In this document: in pieces, positions 10,920 to 20,612 of the stretch | How the letters are laid out: every line of letters begins with the position of its first letter | Numbering within the stretch: position 1 is the stretch's first letter | Assembly: GCA_902622625.1 (NCBI GenBank) | Contig: CACNQS010000001.1 | Span: forward strand, 23,942-87,941 | Reading direction: 5' to 3' | Length of the DNA: 64,000 nt | Source: an uncultured Prochlorococcus sp. | Lineage (GTDB): Bacteria; Cyanobacteriota; Cyanobacteriia; PCC-6307; Cyanobiaceae | Notes under the pieces: model-generated | The model's database searches: none | Seen by the model: only the letters and a program-made list of their open reading frames with translations | Told to the model about the DNA's origin: nothing | Made by a program: the position numbers and the translations under genes

Positions 10920-11816
10920 ATGTCAAAACGTCATCCAGTAGTCGCTGTAACAGGATCTTCAGGAGCAGGAACAAGTACAGTAAAAAGAGCCTTTGAGCAT
11001 ATTTTTGCCAGAGAAGATATTGTTCCCGCAGTCGTTGAAGGTGATAGTTACCACAGATTTGAAAGAATGCCTATGAAAAAAGCTATGGCAGACGCTCTTT
11101 CAAAAGGTGAAAATTTCTCACATTTTGGTCCAGAGGCTAATCTTTTTGACAAACTAGAAGAACTTTTTAAAATCTATGGTGAAACTGGAGGAGGAAAGAA
11201 AAGATATTATCTGCATAGTCTTGAAGAAGCAGAAGAACATAATACAAGACTTGGGACATCCCTAGAACCTGGGCAATTTACTCCATGGGAAGATATTCCT
11301 GAGGGCACAGATGTACTTTTTTATGAAGGTTTGCATGGCGGGGTAGAAGGTGATGGATACAATGTTGCCTCTTATGCTGATTTACTTGTTGGAGTTGTTC
11401 CGATAACAAATTTAGAGTGGATTCAGAAAATCCATAGAGATAACGCAGAAAGAGGTTACTCAGCGGAAACCATTGTGGATACTATATTGAGAAGAATGCC
11501 TGATTATATAAATCATATATGCCCACAATTCAGCAAAACCGATATTAATTTCCAAAGAATTCCCACAATTGACACTTCTAATCCTTTCATATGCAGGAAT
11601 ATCCCAACTCCTGATGAGAGCTTTGTGATCATACATTTCAGAAAAGGTGCAAGAGAGAAATGGGGGATTGATTTTCAATACTTGCTTGGAATGATTAATG
11701 ATTCATTCATGTCAAGTCCAACAAGTATCGTTGTAAATGGAGGGAAAATGGGATTCGCAATGGAACTAATTCTCACTCCAATAATTCATAAAATGATTGA
11801 GGAGAAAAATAAATAA
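10920..11816 (+). CDS. prk: Phosphoribulokinase (proteobacterial/alpha-cyanobacterial type)
   Basis: VAVTGSSGAGTS P-loop; FYEGLHG; KIHRD; RGYS. Confidence 0.96.
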   Translation: MSKRHPVVAVTGSSGAGTSTVKRAFEHIFAREDIVPAVVEGDSYHRFERMPMKKAMADALSKGENFSHFGPEANLFDKLEELFKIYGETGGGKKRYYLHSLEEAEEHNTRLGTSLEPGQFTPWEDIPEGTDVLFYEGLHGGVEGDGYNVASYADLLVGVVPITNLEWIQKIHRDNAERGYSAETIVDTILRRMPDYINHICPQFSKTDINFQRIPTIDTSNPFICRNIPTPDESFVIIHFRKGAREKWGIDFQYLLGMINDSFMSSPTSIVVNGGKMGFAMELILTPIIHKMIEEKNK

Positions 11817-11955
11817 TAATTAATCTTCGATTATCAACTCAAATCATTATTTCTTAACTTTGAGAAGTTTTTAATCTAGAGGATCTCAAATTTTTATATA
11901 TCTTTCTTGATAAAAGTACCTTACTTAGATTTAAATAGAAAAAACAGGAAAAGTT

Positions 11956-12837
11956 GTGTCATTAATCGACTGGTTTGCTGCAAGGCGTAAAGATCAATTT
12001 GTTGGGAAAGTTTCCCAAGATACTGACGAAGGAGATGGTTTGTGGGTTAAATGTTCAGAGTGTTCGCAAGTAGCCTATAGAAAAGACCTAATTTCAAATT
12101 TCAATGTTTGTAGTAATTGTGGACACCACAATAGGATTAATAGCGATGAAAGGATAAATATAATTGCTGATAAAAATTCATTCAAAGAATTTGATAGTTC
12201 ACTAAGTCCTACAGATCCTTTGGGTTTTAAAGATAGAAGAGCGTATGCTGATCGAATTAAAGAAAGTCAAGCAGGTACAGGTTTAAGAGATGGAGTCGTA
12301 ACAGGTATCTGTTCTGTGAATTCAATGCCTTTAGCATTAGCTGTTATGGATTTTAGATTTATGGGAGGATCGATGGGTTCGGTAGTTGGTGAAAAAATTA
12401 CAAGGATAATTGAGAGAGCAACTTTGGAAAATTTTCCAATTCTTATTGTTTGCGCATCAGGAGGAGCAAGGATGCAAGAAGGTATGTTAAGTCTCATGCA
12501 AATGGCAAAAATATCTGGAGCACTAAAAAAACATAAAGAGAAAAATCTTCTATATATGCCCTTGTTAACTCATCCAACCACTGGAGGGGTAACAGCCAGC
12601 TTTGCGATGTTAGGTGATTTAATTTTGGCGGAACCTAAAGCACTTATTGGATTTGCTGGAAGAAGGGTTATAGAACAAACATTAAGAGAAAAATTACCCG
12701 ATAATTTTCAAACAGCTGAATATCTGCTTGAGCATGGTTTTGTTGATGTAATAGTGAAAAGGAAAGATCTCAAGGATACTCTGACTAAAATTTTAAAAAT
12801 TCATGGTGTAAAAGAACCTGCAGAATCAAATATATAA
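11956..12837 (+). CDS. accD: Acetyl-CoA carboxylase carboxyltransferase beta subunit
   Basis: CxxC...CxxC zinc finger; FMGGSMG; SGGARMQEG; GTG start. Confidence 0.98.
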   Translation: MSLIDWFAARRKDQFVGKVSQDTDEGDGLWVKCSECSQVAYRKDLISNFNVCSNCGHHNRINSDERINIIADKNSFKEFDSSLSPTDPLGFKDRRAYADRIKESQAGTGLRDGVVTGICSVNSMPLALAVMDFRFMGGSMGSVVGEKITRIIERATLENFPILIVCASGGARMQEGMLSLMQMAKISGALKKHKEKNLLYMPLLTHPTTGGVTASFAMLGDLILAEPKALIGFAGRRVIEQTLREKLPDNFQTAEYLLEHGFVDVIVKRKDLKDTLTKILKIHGVKEPAESNI

Positions 12838-12838
12838 A

Positions 12839-13231
12839 ATGAGAATAATTTCTAATTTATTTTATTTTTCTTTAAGCCTTCTACTCTTTATTTTAAGCTT
12901 TGCCTCCTATTCATATGCGATAGGAAATGTTGATTGGGTTCTCCTTAAAGAGAATGATGATGGGAAAGAATGGCTTGATAAAGGGAGTATTAAGTCGCTC
13001 CCAAATGGTGAAATAAGTGTATTAACAAAGTTCTTTAAGAATCCAAATAATTCTGATGATGATGGAGAGTTATCACTTTATGTAATGAGAATTAATTGCA
13101 ATGAAAAAAAGTTCAAAGATACATCAATAAATGGAATTCCTCAATTCAATTCAAAATGGCAAACTTCTAATAATGATGAACTTTTAGATGTTGTTATTGA
13201 AAATAGCTGTTCAGAGTTTATTAATAAATAA
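12839..13231 (+). CDS. Conserved hypothetical secreted protein
   Basis: Signal peptide ending AYA-like; two Cys in the mature part. Confidence 0.7.
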   Translation: MRIISNLFYFSLSLLLFILSFASYSYAIGNVDWVLLKENDDGKEWLDKGSIKSLPNGEISVLTKFFKNPNNSDDDGELSLYVMRINCNEKKFKDTSINGIPQFNSKWQTSNNDELLDVVIENSCSEFINK

Positions 13232-13233
13232 CA

Positions 13234-14331
13234 ATGAATACTAAAAATAAAAAATTAAAAATAGCAATCGCTGGACTAGGGTTTGGGAAAAAAGTTCATT
13301 TAGAGGCATTAAAAGAGTCTGATCACTTAACTCCTGTAGCAATCTATCATTACGAGAAAAAGCAAAAATCGATATTAGAAAAAGAAACGGGCTTAGATTT
13401 TTTTCACAATTGGGAAGACTTAGTAAAATCTCCAAAAATTGATGGAATTATTATTGCCACTCCTCCTGAATCAAGATTTAAGTTAGCTAAACAAGCTCTT
13501 GAGAATAATAAAAATTTGCTCCTAGAAAAACCCGTTTCAATATCCTCCTCAGAAATTGAAGAGCTTCAGAGAATATCTTTGATTAATAATTTAAGCGTAT
13601 GTGTTGATTTTGAATATAGAGCAGTTCCTCTTTTCCTTCAGACAAAAAAACTTATTGATGAAAATATCTTAGGAGATATATATTTAGTCAAATTAGATTG
13701 GTTAATGGGCAGTAGATCCGACCCCAAAAGATCCTGGAATTGGTATGCATTGGAAGAAAAAGGTGGGGGGGTTATTGGCGCTTTAGGTACTCATGCATTC
13801 GATATGTTGAATTGGTTTTTTGGAGAATCAATAAACGTTTCTGGCAAGTTAGCAACATCAATAAAAAAAAGACCTTTACCTAACTCATCTGATTTAAATG
13901 ATGTTACGAGTGAAGATGTATGTTTAGCCAATATAGAAATATCAAACTACAGCTCGAATCTTGTTCCATGTCAGGTATCTTTATCATCAATTTCTAAAAA
14001 TGGTAGAGGATTTAGTTTAGAAATATATGGAAGCGAAGGTTCACTAATTCTTAAAAGCGAAAACCAAAAAGATTATGTACATGGTTTTAATTTGAAATAT
14101 TCAAACAACGAAAATAAAATACAAAATCTAACTGCGGATTCAAGTTTTAATTTTGAAAAAACATGGACTGATGGGAGAATAGCTCCAGTTTTGAGAATTC
14201 AAAATTTATGGGCTCAGAGTATAATTAATGGAACACCTGTAATCCCAGGCTTATGCGAGGGACTTGCTAGTCATAAAGTTTGCGAAGCCATAAGAGAATC
14301 TTCCAAAAGTGGATTAAGTATCAAAATTTAA
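13234..14331 (+). CDS. Gfo/Idh/MocA family oxidoreductase
   Basis: IAGLGFG, EKP and GGGVIGALGTHAFD motifs. Confidence 0.9.
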   Translation: MNTKNKKLKIAIAGLGFGKKVHLEALKESDHLTPVAIYHYEKKQKSILEKETGLDFFHNWEDLVKSPKIDGIIIATPPESRFKLAKQALENNKNLLLEKPVSISSSEIEELQRISLINNLSVCVDFEYRAVPLFLQTKKLIDENILGDIYLVKLDWLMGSRSDPKRSWNWYALEEKGGGVIGALGTHAFDMLNWFFGESINVSGKLATSIKKRPLPNSSDLNDVTSEDVCLANIEISNYSSNLVPCQVSLSSISKNGRGFSLEIYGSEGSLILKSENQKDYVHGFNLKYSNNENKIQNLTADSSFNFEKTWTDGRIAPVLRIQNLWAQSIINGTPVIPGLCEGLASHKVCEAIRESSKSGLSIKI

Positions 14332-14434
14332 GGCTATACATTTATAAGTAGCAATTATCACCCGATAAAGTATTGGATTGATTTTATTTTTTTTTCATAT
14401 TCTGGAAAAATCAATTGAACTGAATTATTAAAGA

Positions 14435-15502
14435 ATGGCTTTAAATTATTACAAAAATGAGCTTAAAGAAAATGCTCAATTACTAGCTTCTAAAGGAAAA
14501 GGAATATTAGCGGTAGATGAATCAACTAAAACAGTAGGTAAAAGACTCGCTGGAATTGGCGTTGAGAATACTGAAGACAATAGGAAGGCATATAGAGGAA
14601 TGCTTTTTACTACAGAAGGTCTTGGCAAATACATAAGTGGAGCAATCCTCTTCGAAGAAACTCTTTATCAGAATCACCAAGATAGCGAGTCAATGGTTAA
14701 GAAACTAAATGATTTAGGTATTATCCCAGGTATAAAGGTCGATAAAGGCCTAAATCCACTTCCAGGAGGAGGAGATGTAGAAACTTTTTGCTCTGGCCTA
14801 GATGGGTTAGTTGAAAGAGCCGCAAAATATTATGAACAAGGTGCCAGATTTGCAAAGTGGAGAGCAGTTCTGCAAATTACAAATGATGGTTGTCCTTCAA
14901 AACTATCAATTCAAGAGAATGCTTGGGGATTAGCAAGGTATGCAAGATCAGTTCAAGAATCTGGGTTAGTACCAATTATTGAACCTGAAATCTTAATGGA
15001 CGGCGACCATACTATTGAAAAAACTGCTGAAGTTCAAGAGGAGGTAATAAAGCAGGTTTATATTGCCTGTCAAGAAAATGGAGTTTTTCTAGAAGGCACT
15101 CTATTAAAACCTTCTATGACTGTTAATGGGGCAGATTATCCAACAAAGGCTGATCCTAAGAAGGTTGCTGAAATGACAATTAGAACTATGGAAAGATGCG
15201 TTCCAGCATCTGTTCCTGGAATAGTTTTCTTATCAGGAGGGTTAAGCGAAGAAGCTGCTTCTGTTTATCTAAATAATATGAACACTCTTTACAGAAAAGC
15301 TTTATGGAATGTTTCGTTCTCCTATGGAAGAGCATTACAGCACTCATGCTTAAAGGCCTGGAAAGGAAGCGACGTTGAAGGAGGTCAAAAAGCATTAATA
15401 GCAAGAGCTCAAGCAAACTCTGAAGCTTCAAAAGGTGCCTATGTAGCAGGATCTCAACCTTCATCTGATGAGCAATTGTTTGTGGCAGGCTACACTTATT
15501 AA
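14435..15502 (+). CDS. fda: Class I fructose-bisphosphate aldolase (eukaryote-like)
   Basis: GKGILAVDES, GIKVDKG, AKWR, IEPEIL, LLKPSM (Schiff-base Lys), FSYGRALQ and C-terminal YTY. Confidence 0.96.
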   Translation: MALNYYKNELKENAQLLASKGKGILAVDESTKTVGKRLAGIGVENTEDNRKAYRGMLFTTEGLGKYISGAILFEETLYQNHQDSESMVKKLNDLGIIPGIKVDKGLNPLPGGGDVETFCSGLDGLVERAAKYYEQGARFAKWRAVLQITNDGCPSKLSIQENAWGLARYARSVQESGLVPIIEPEILMDGDHTIEKTAEVQEEVIKQVYIACQENGVFLEGTLLKPSMTVNGADYPTKADPKKVAEMTIRTMERCVPASVPGIVFLSGGLSEEAASVYLNNMNTLYRKALWNVSFSYGRALQHSCLKAWKGSDVEGGQKALIARAQANSEASKGAYVAGSQPSSDEQLFVAGYTY

Positions 15503-15649
15503 CTTAAAAATACTAAAAATGTACTCTGGGTCATAAAATAAGTTTCTTCAATTTAGTATTTTGTATATCTAATGACGTGACATTTGATACCTCTTTATAC
15601 TAAACTCTCGGAAACATATGCTTTATATAGCATTTAACTTATTTTAATT

Positions 15650-16723
15650 ATGGCCCTCGTTCCACTAAGACTACTTTTAGATCACGCTGCTGAGAATGGT
15701 TACGGTATTCCAGCTTTCAATGTTAATAACCTTGAACAAGTTCAAGCAATCATGGAAGCAGCATATGAAACTGATAGTCCTGTAATCCTCCAAGCTTCAA
15801 GAGGGGCAAGAAATTATGCAGGAGAAATTTTCCTACGTCATCTAATCCTTGCTGCTACAGAAACATATCCTAATATTCCAGTGGTAATGCACCAAGACCA
15901 CGGTAATGAGCCATCAACATGTTATTCAGCGGCAATAAATGGTTTCACATCAGTAATGATGGACGGTTCTCTAGAGGCAGATGCAAAAACACCCGCTAGT
16001 TACGAATATAATGTTGCAGTTACTAAAAAAGTAGTAGATTTTGCTCATTCAGTTGGAGTTAGTGTTGAAGGAGAGTTGGGTTGCTTGGGTTCATTAGAGA
16101 CAGGAAAAGGTGAAGCGGAAGATGGTCATGGATTTGAAGGTGAACTTTCTACAGATATGCTTTTGACTGATCCTGAAGAAGCTGCAGATTTTGTAGCTAA
16201 AACAAAAGTCGATGCTTTAGCTATTGCTATAGGAACAAGTCATGGTGCTTATAAATTTACAAGAAAACCTACAGGAGAAGTTCTTGCAATAAGCAGAATT
16301 GCTGAAATTCATAAAGCACTTCCAAATACTCATCTTGTAATGCATGGATCTAGTTCAGTTCCTCAAGAATGGTTGGATATCATTAACAAATATGGCGGTG
16401 AAATTCCTCAAACATATGGTGTTCCTGTTGAAGAAATTCAAGAGGGAATAAGAAATGGAGTTAGGAAAGTTAACATTGATACTGATAACAGACTTGCTTT
16501 CACTGCCGCGGTTAGAGAGGCAGCATTTGCTGATAAGGCAAACTTTGACCCAAGACATTTCAACAAGCCTGCTAGAAAATACATGAAGCAAGTTTGTCTT
16601 GATAGATATAAGCAGTTCTGGTGCGAAGGTCAAGCAAGTAAGATCAAACAAAACAGCACAAATTACTTTGCTGATCTTTACGCAAAAGGTGATTTGGATC
16701 CAAAAGTAAAAGCTGCAGTTTAA
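15650..16723 (+). CDS. fba: Class II fructose-bisphosphate aldolase (Calvin-cycle type)
   Basis: [20 protein letters not shown] and KVNIDTD motifs. Confidence 0.97.
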   Translation: MALVPLRLLLDHAAENGYGIPAFNVNNLEQVQAIMEAAYETDSPVILQASRGARNYAGEIFLRHLILAATETYPNIPVVMHQDHGNEPSTCYSAAINGFTSVMMDGSLEADAKTPASYEYNVAVTKKVVDFAHSVGVSVEGELGCLGSLETGKGEAEDGHGFEGELSTDMLLTDPEEAADFVAKTKVDALAIAIGTSHGAYKFTRKPTGEVLAISRIAEIHKALPNTHLVMHGSSSVPQEWLDIINKYGGEIPQTYGVPVEEIQEGIRNGVRKVNIDTDNRLAFTAAVREAAFADKANFDPRHFNKPARKYMKQVCLDRYKQFWCEGQASKIKQNSTNYFADLYAKGDLDPKVKAAV

Positions 16724-16740
16724 TTTTTCCCAAATTGAAT

Positions 16741-16773
16741 AAAAAAGACCTCCAAAATTGGGGTCTTTTTTTT
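16741..16773. terminator. Bidirectional rho-independent terminator between convergent fba and purQ
   Basis: AAAAAAGACC-T-CCAA-AA-TTGG-GGTC followed by a T run; A tract on one side and T tract on the other. Confidence 0.88.
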
Positions 16774-17437
16774 ATTTCAATATTAATGATTTTAATGTAA
16801 GGAGGCCATCAGTCCCACCAATAGTCTCGTCACATGCTCGCTCTGGATGAGGCATTAAACCTAGAACATTACCCTTTTCATTAGTTATGCCTGCGATATC
16901 GAATGAGGATCCATTAGGATTATTTTTATATCTCAAAGCGATCAATTCACTATCTACAAGTTTTTTTAAAGTATCAGAATCACAATGATATCTCCCTTCT
17001 CCATGCGCTATGGGTAACTTAATAGTTTGTTTTTTACCTCCATCATTAAACCAACCTCCTTTTGAAGAAACAATATCAAGTTCAACATCATCACAGATGA
17101 AATTAAGATTTTTATTTGCAGTAAGGGCGCCAGGCAAAAAGCCTGATTCTGTCAAAATTTGGAACCCATTACAAATTCCTAAAACTCTTCTTCCACTTTT
17201 CACAAAGTCATCCAAAGCATTTATTAATGGAGAAAATCTCGCTATTGCTCCGCATCTTAAATAATCACCATAGCTAAATCCTCCGGGTAAAACTATTGCA
17301 TCTACATCGCTTAAATCTGAAGACTCATGCCACAAGTATTTTGTTCTTATGTCTAAACAACCTTCCAATGCCCATGAAACATCACGATCACAATTAGAAC
17401 CAGGGAAGACAACAATTCCTACAGTAAAATTATCCAT
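16772..17437 (-). CDS. purQ: Phosphoribosylformylglycinamidine synthase subunit PurQ
   Basis: [24 protein letters not shown] and MPHPER motifs. Confidence 0.98.
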   Translation of the reverse strand: MDNFTVGIVVFPGSNCDRDVSWALEGCLDIRTKYLWHESSDLSDVDAIVLPGGFSYGDYLRCGAIARFSPLINALDDFVKSGRRVLGICNGFQILTESGFLPGALTANKNLNFICDDVELDIVSSKGGWFNDGGKKQTIKLPIAHGEGRYHCDSDTLKKLVDSELIALRYKNNPNGSSFDIAGITNEKGNVLGLMPHPERACDETIGGTDGLLTLKSLILK

Positions 17438-17438
17438 T

Positions 17439-17693
17439 TTATAATTTTTTTAGTGAATACTCATAATCTTCAATAACAGTATTTGCGAATAACCTATCAC
17501 ACAATAAATCAATTTTTTCTCTTACTTCGTTTTCACCATTACCTTCTATTTTTACCTCAATCATTTTTCCTATACGTAATGATTTAATTCCCTCGGCTCC
17601 AAGTTTTATAGAAGCAGCTTTGGTAGCTTCCCCCGCTGGATCTAAAACTGAGGGTCTTAGTCTTACAAAAACTTTTACAGCAAATTGGTCCAA
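17439..17693 (-). CDS. purS: FGAM synthase subunit PurS
   Basis: [16 protein letters not shown] and [10 protein letters not shown]; adjacent to purQ. Confidence 0.95.
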   Translation of the reverse strand: MDQFAVKVFVRLRPSVLDPAGEATKAASIKLGAEGIKSLRIGKMIEVKIEGNGENEVREKIDLLCDRLFANTVIEDYEYSLKKL

Positions 17694-17790
17694 TTAAAAA
17701 TTAATTTCTACTAGAAGGTTAGTTTAAATTTTAATAAAGAGAACTATTGATTAATAAACAAATATTTTTACCTTAAGGTTTTCTGAGTTA

Positions 17791-17955
17791 TTAAATGTTT
17801 ATGTAGCCTCTACCAAAACAAACTAAACAAGTTCTCCTTGAATTTTCATGTGTTTTAAAATTTCCTGCCCCTCCACATTTTGAACATTTTATTTTATCAA
17901 TTGAGGTAACGTCGTCAGAGATTATTTGTTTTAAGGTAATTTTTGTATTTTTCAT
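17791..17955 (-). CDS. 54-aa DnaJ-type zinc-finger microprotein
   Basis: Manual translation: MKNTKITLKQIISDDVTSIDKIKCSKCGGAGNFKTHENSRRTCLVCFGRGYINI*. Two CxxCxGxG motifs; below the ORF-track cutoff. Confidence 0.8.
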   Translation of the reverse strand: MKNTKITLKQIISDDVTSIDKIKCSKCGGAGNFKTHENSRRTCLVCFGRGYINI

Positions 17956-18001
17956 CTTGGGCTGTCTACTGTAGTTAGTATCCCGGCAGCTAACTATAAA
18001 G

Positions 18002-19066
18002 TCAAATTGCTATTTTTGGGTCGCTTAAAATCTTAAATTTCTCTTTAATTTTTCTATTGAAATTTTTTATAGATTTTTCATCAAAGGAAATTATTACTAA
18101 TTCAAGCCCAGCATTATCATTTGGTCTCCAACAATTATCTGGAGCCTCTTCAAACCAAGTATTAATTTTCTTTCCAACAATTTGTATTTGTAAAGGCAAT
18201 GATTTGTTTGGTATCCAAATGCGTCCTTTTATTCGAAGAATGTTTAATTCATCCAAGATTTTTGACATCTCCTTTTCAAAGTCATTTTTTTCAAGGAAAT
18301 AATTTAATTTTAATGAATCTGATTTAAGCTCAACATGATTATGGTCATGTTCTTCTGTTAAAAATTCTTTATAAGTCTCTTTTTTAAAATTAAAGTCAAA
18401 TAAATAATTTAAATCGATTTTGCCATTCTTGGATTTAAGAACTGGTGTAGATGAGTTTAGACTTCCTTGAATTTTATTTTTTACAACGTCAAACTGATCA
18501 TCATTTAAGATATCTGATCTTGAGACTAAAACGATATCAGAAACTTCTAGTTGCTCCTCAAAAAGTTCATCTATAGAGGCGTTGTGGTCAATTTTATCTG
18601 TTTCGTTATATTGTTTTGTTATTTTATTTAAATCATTAATTGGTGAGCCATTAAGCATTGATTCTCCATTAACGATTCCAACAACTACATCAAGATAGAT
18701 GGAAGACCTAATCTCAGGCCAGTTAAGTGCTTTTATTAAGGGAATTGGTAGTGCCAAGCCACTTGTTTCGATAATTATTGATTCGATAGGAGGATTAAAT
18801 TCTAGGAGAGCTTTTATTGATGGAACAAAATCATCTTGAACAGTACAACATAAACATCCATTGTTTAATTCGATAACGCAGTCATCTTCAGATTCATCAC
18901 ATTTATCACAACTTTTAATCAAATCGCCGTCAATTCCAACATCACCAAATTCATTAATTATTAAACCAAATTTTTTGTTACTCTCTTTTAATAGATACCT
19001 CAGAAAAGTTGTTTTACCTGAACCTAGAAATCCCGAAACAACAATAACTGGAATTTTATTTTTCAT
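18002..19066 (-). CDS. cobW: CobW/COG0523 family G3E metallochaperone GTPase
   Basis: GFLGSGKTT, NEFG, GCLCC and ETSGLA motifs; short His tract HDHNH. Confidence 0.92.
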   Translation of the reverse strand: MKNKIPVIVVSGFLGSGKTTFLRYLLKESNKKFGLIINEFGDVGIDGDLIKSCDKCDESEDDCVIELNNGCLCCTVQDDFVPSIKALLEFNPPIESIIIETSGLALPIPLIKALNWPEIRSSIYLDVVVGIVNGESMLNGSPINDLNKITKQYNETDKIDHNASIDELFEEQLEVSDIVLVSRSDILNDDQFDVVKNKIQGSLNSSTPVLKSKNGKIDLNYLFDFNFKKETYKEFLTEEHDHNHVELKSDSLKLNYFLEKNDFEKEMSKILDELNILRIKGRIWIPNKSLPLQIQIVGKKINTWFEEAPDNCWRPNDNAGLELVIISFDEKSIKNFNRKIKEKFKILSDPKIAI

Positions 19067-19075
19067 CTTCGATGA

Positions 19076-19588
19076 TTAACAACCTAAGCTATATTCTGTA
19101 CTCTCTCCTGTAGAACTATTTGTGCCATTTGCAATCGCACATAATTGTTTTTGTTGTGTACGACTAAGAACAGCATCAGTAAAATCTGCACCATCTATTT
19201 TTGCACCTTCAAAATTACTCTCCATTAATAAAGCATTAGTAAAATTAACATCCGAAAGATCAGCATCTGTAAAGTCTGTTGCATAAGCTAGTGCATCTCT
19301 TAAATTTGCTCCAGTAAACTTTGAGTTTTGCAATTTACTATTATTGAACACCGCCCCTTCTAAATTACTTTCACTGAAATTAAACCCATTCAAATCAAAC
19401 TTAACGTATTCGTTACCGCTTAGGTCTTGACCATGCATATCTGGCTCTAAATTAAGGTCTTGCTGGTTTCTAATCTCAGGAGGTCTTTTAGCCCATGCAG
19501 AATTTACAGAATTAAAAAATAAAATTCCAACGAATAACAAAGTAATTAATGCATTCTTTATTGAGGGGGAAACAATTGATTTAATCAT
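19076..19588 (-). CDS. Secreted/lumenal pentapeptide repeat protein
   Basis: Signal peptide (AWA); A(D/N)(L/F)xx repeats; terminal C...SLGC disulfide pair. Confidence 0.92.
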   Translation of the reverse strand: MIKSIVSPSIKNALITLLFVGILFFNSVNSAWAKRPPEIRNQQDLNLEPDMHGQDLSGNEYVKFDLNGFNFSESNLEGAVFNNSKLQNSKFTGANLRDALAYATDFTDADLSDVNFTNALLMESNFEGAKIDGADFTDAVLSRTQQKQLCAIANGTNSSTGESTEYSLGC

Positions 19589-19651
19589 AATAAGACTGTA
19601 TTTTAGAACTTAAGTATTTAAAGTTTGTAAGAGTATCTTAAAGGAAAATAT

Positions 19652-20269
19652 ATGGCAATGTCACTAAAGGTTATTGTTCCTCCTCATCCATTAATAAAAC
19701 ATTGGCTTTCAATATTGCGAGAAAAAAATACTCCAAATATTTTGTACTCAACAGGATATGAGCAATTAGGGAAATGGCTTACATATGAAGCATTACGTAA
19801 TTGGCTGCCATATAAAAAAGAAATAGTAAATACTGATAATGGAGACGCAGATGGATTCTTTATTAATAATGATTATCCAATAAAAGTGCTCGCAATGTTG
19901 CCCGAAGGGTTATCTCTTTGGTTTGGATCTAAAGAAGTAATTCCTAATTCAACCCTCTCATTAGGAGAACTCCCTAAAACTATTGAATCAAATGAAGGAG
20001 TTATATTTTATTCAGAGCAAATAACAACAAAATCAGCAACATTAGAAACTTTAATTAAATTAAAGGAATTAGGTGTTAATTCAAATAGGATTCTTTTAAT
20101 AACTGCTATTTGCTCAAATAAAGGGTTAAATGAAATTGCGAAATTACTCCCTAATCAGGTAATTTACACTTCTTGCATAGATGAGGAAGACGAAAAAACA
20201 CAGTTATTAGTGCCGGGTATTGGGAATCCTCTATCGCGTTTAAGTACTATATTTCAAGATAAGAACTAA
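19652..20269 (+). CDS. upp: Uracil phosphoribosyltransferase homolog with degenerate catalytic motifs
   Basis: VPPHPLIKHWL, LGKWLTYEA and IDE...VPGIG match Upp; the PRPP-binding motif is altered. Confidence 0.75.
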   Translation: MAMSLKVIVPPHPLIKHWLSILREKNTPNILYSTGYEQLGKWLTYEALRNWLPYKKEIVNTDNGDADGFFINNDYPIKVLAMLPEGLSLWFGSKEVIPNSTLSLGELPKTIESNEGVIFYSEQITTKSATLETLIKLKELGVNSNRILLITAICSNKGLNEIAKLLPNQVIYTSCIDEEDEKTQLLVPGIGNPLSRLSTIFQDKN

Positions 20270-20298
20270 TATAGAATATAGGAGTGAATATTTTACCA

Positions 20299-20589
20299 AT
20301 GTCTGAATACAGAGATTCGTCTTCAAATAATCTATTATCATTAATAAGCGGTGCTTTTATTGGAGCGGCAGGTCTAGCTTGGTGGTTAATATCCGAAGCA
20401 GACAAAAGAAAGGAGGAAAAAAAACAAAAAGCAATGATGTATTCCTCCAGAATTCAAGACGGCTCAGAAGCGATTGATTCAAATGAAAATATAAATGAAG
20501 TCGAAGGAGAGAATCTGGAGAAGAAGGTTGAGCAACTTAATTCTGCAATTGCTGATGTGAGGAAGCAACTTGAAGAGTTGGGGCAATAG
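20299..20589 (+). CDS. Conserved hypothetical single-pass membrane protein with C-terminal coiled coil
   Basis: GAFIGAAGLAWW transmembrane segment; LEKKVEQLNSAIADVRKQLE. ATG at 20299 preferred over GTG at 20284. Confidence 0.8.
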   Translation: MSEYRDSSSNNLLSLISGAFIGAAGLAWWLISEADKRKEEKKQKAMMYSSRIQDGSEAIDSNENINEVEGENLEKKVEQLNSAIADVRKQLEELGQ

Positions 20590-20612
20590 AATAAAAAAGG
20601 TTCTCAAATAAT

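Noticed and set aside
19180-19440. Repetitive-looking DNA in the pentapeptide gene (similarly in lpxD)
   Set aside because: Explained by protein-level pentapeptide and hexapeptide repeats; not a CRISPR array or DNA repeat element.
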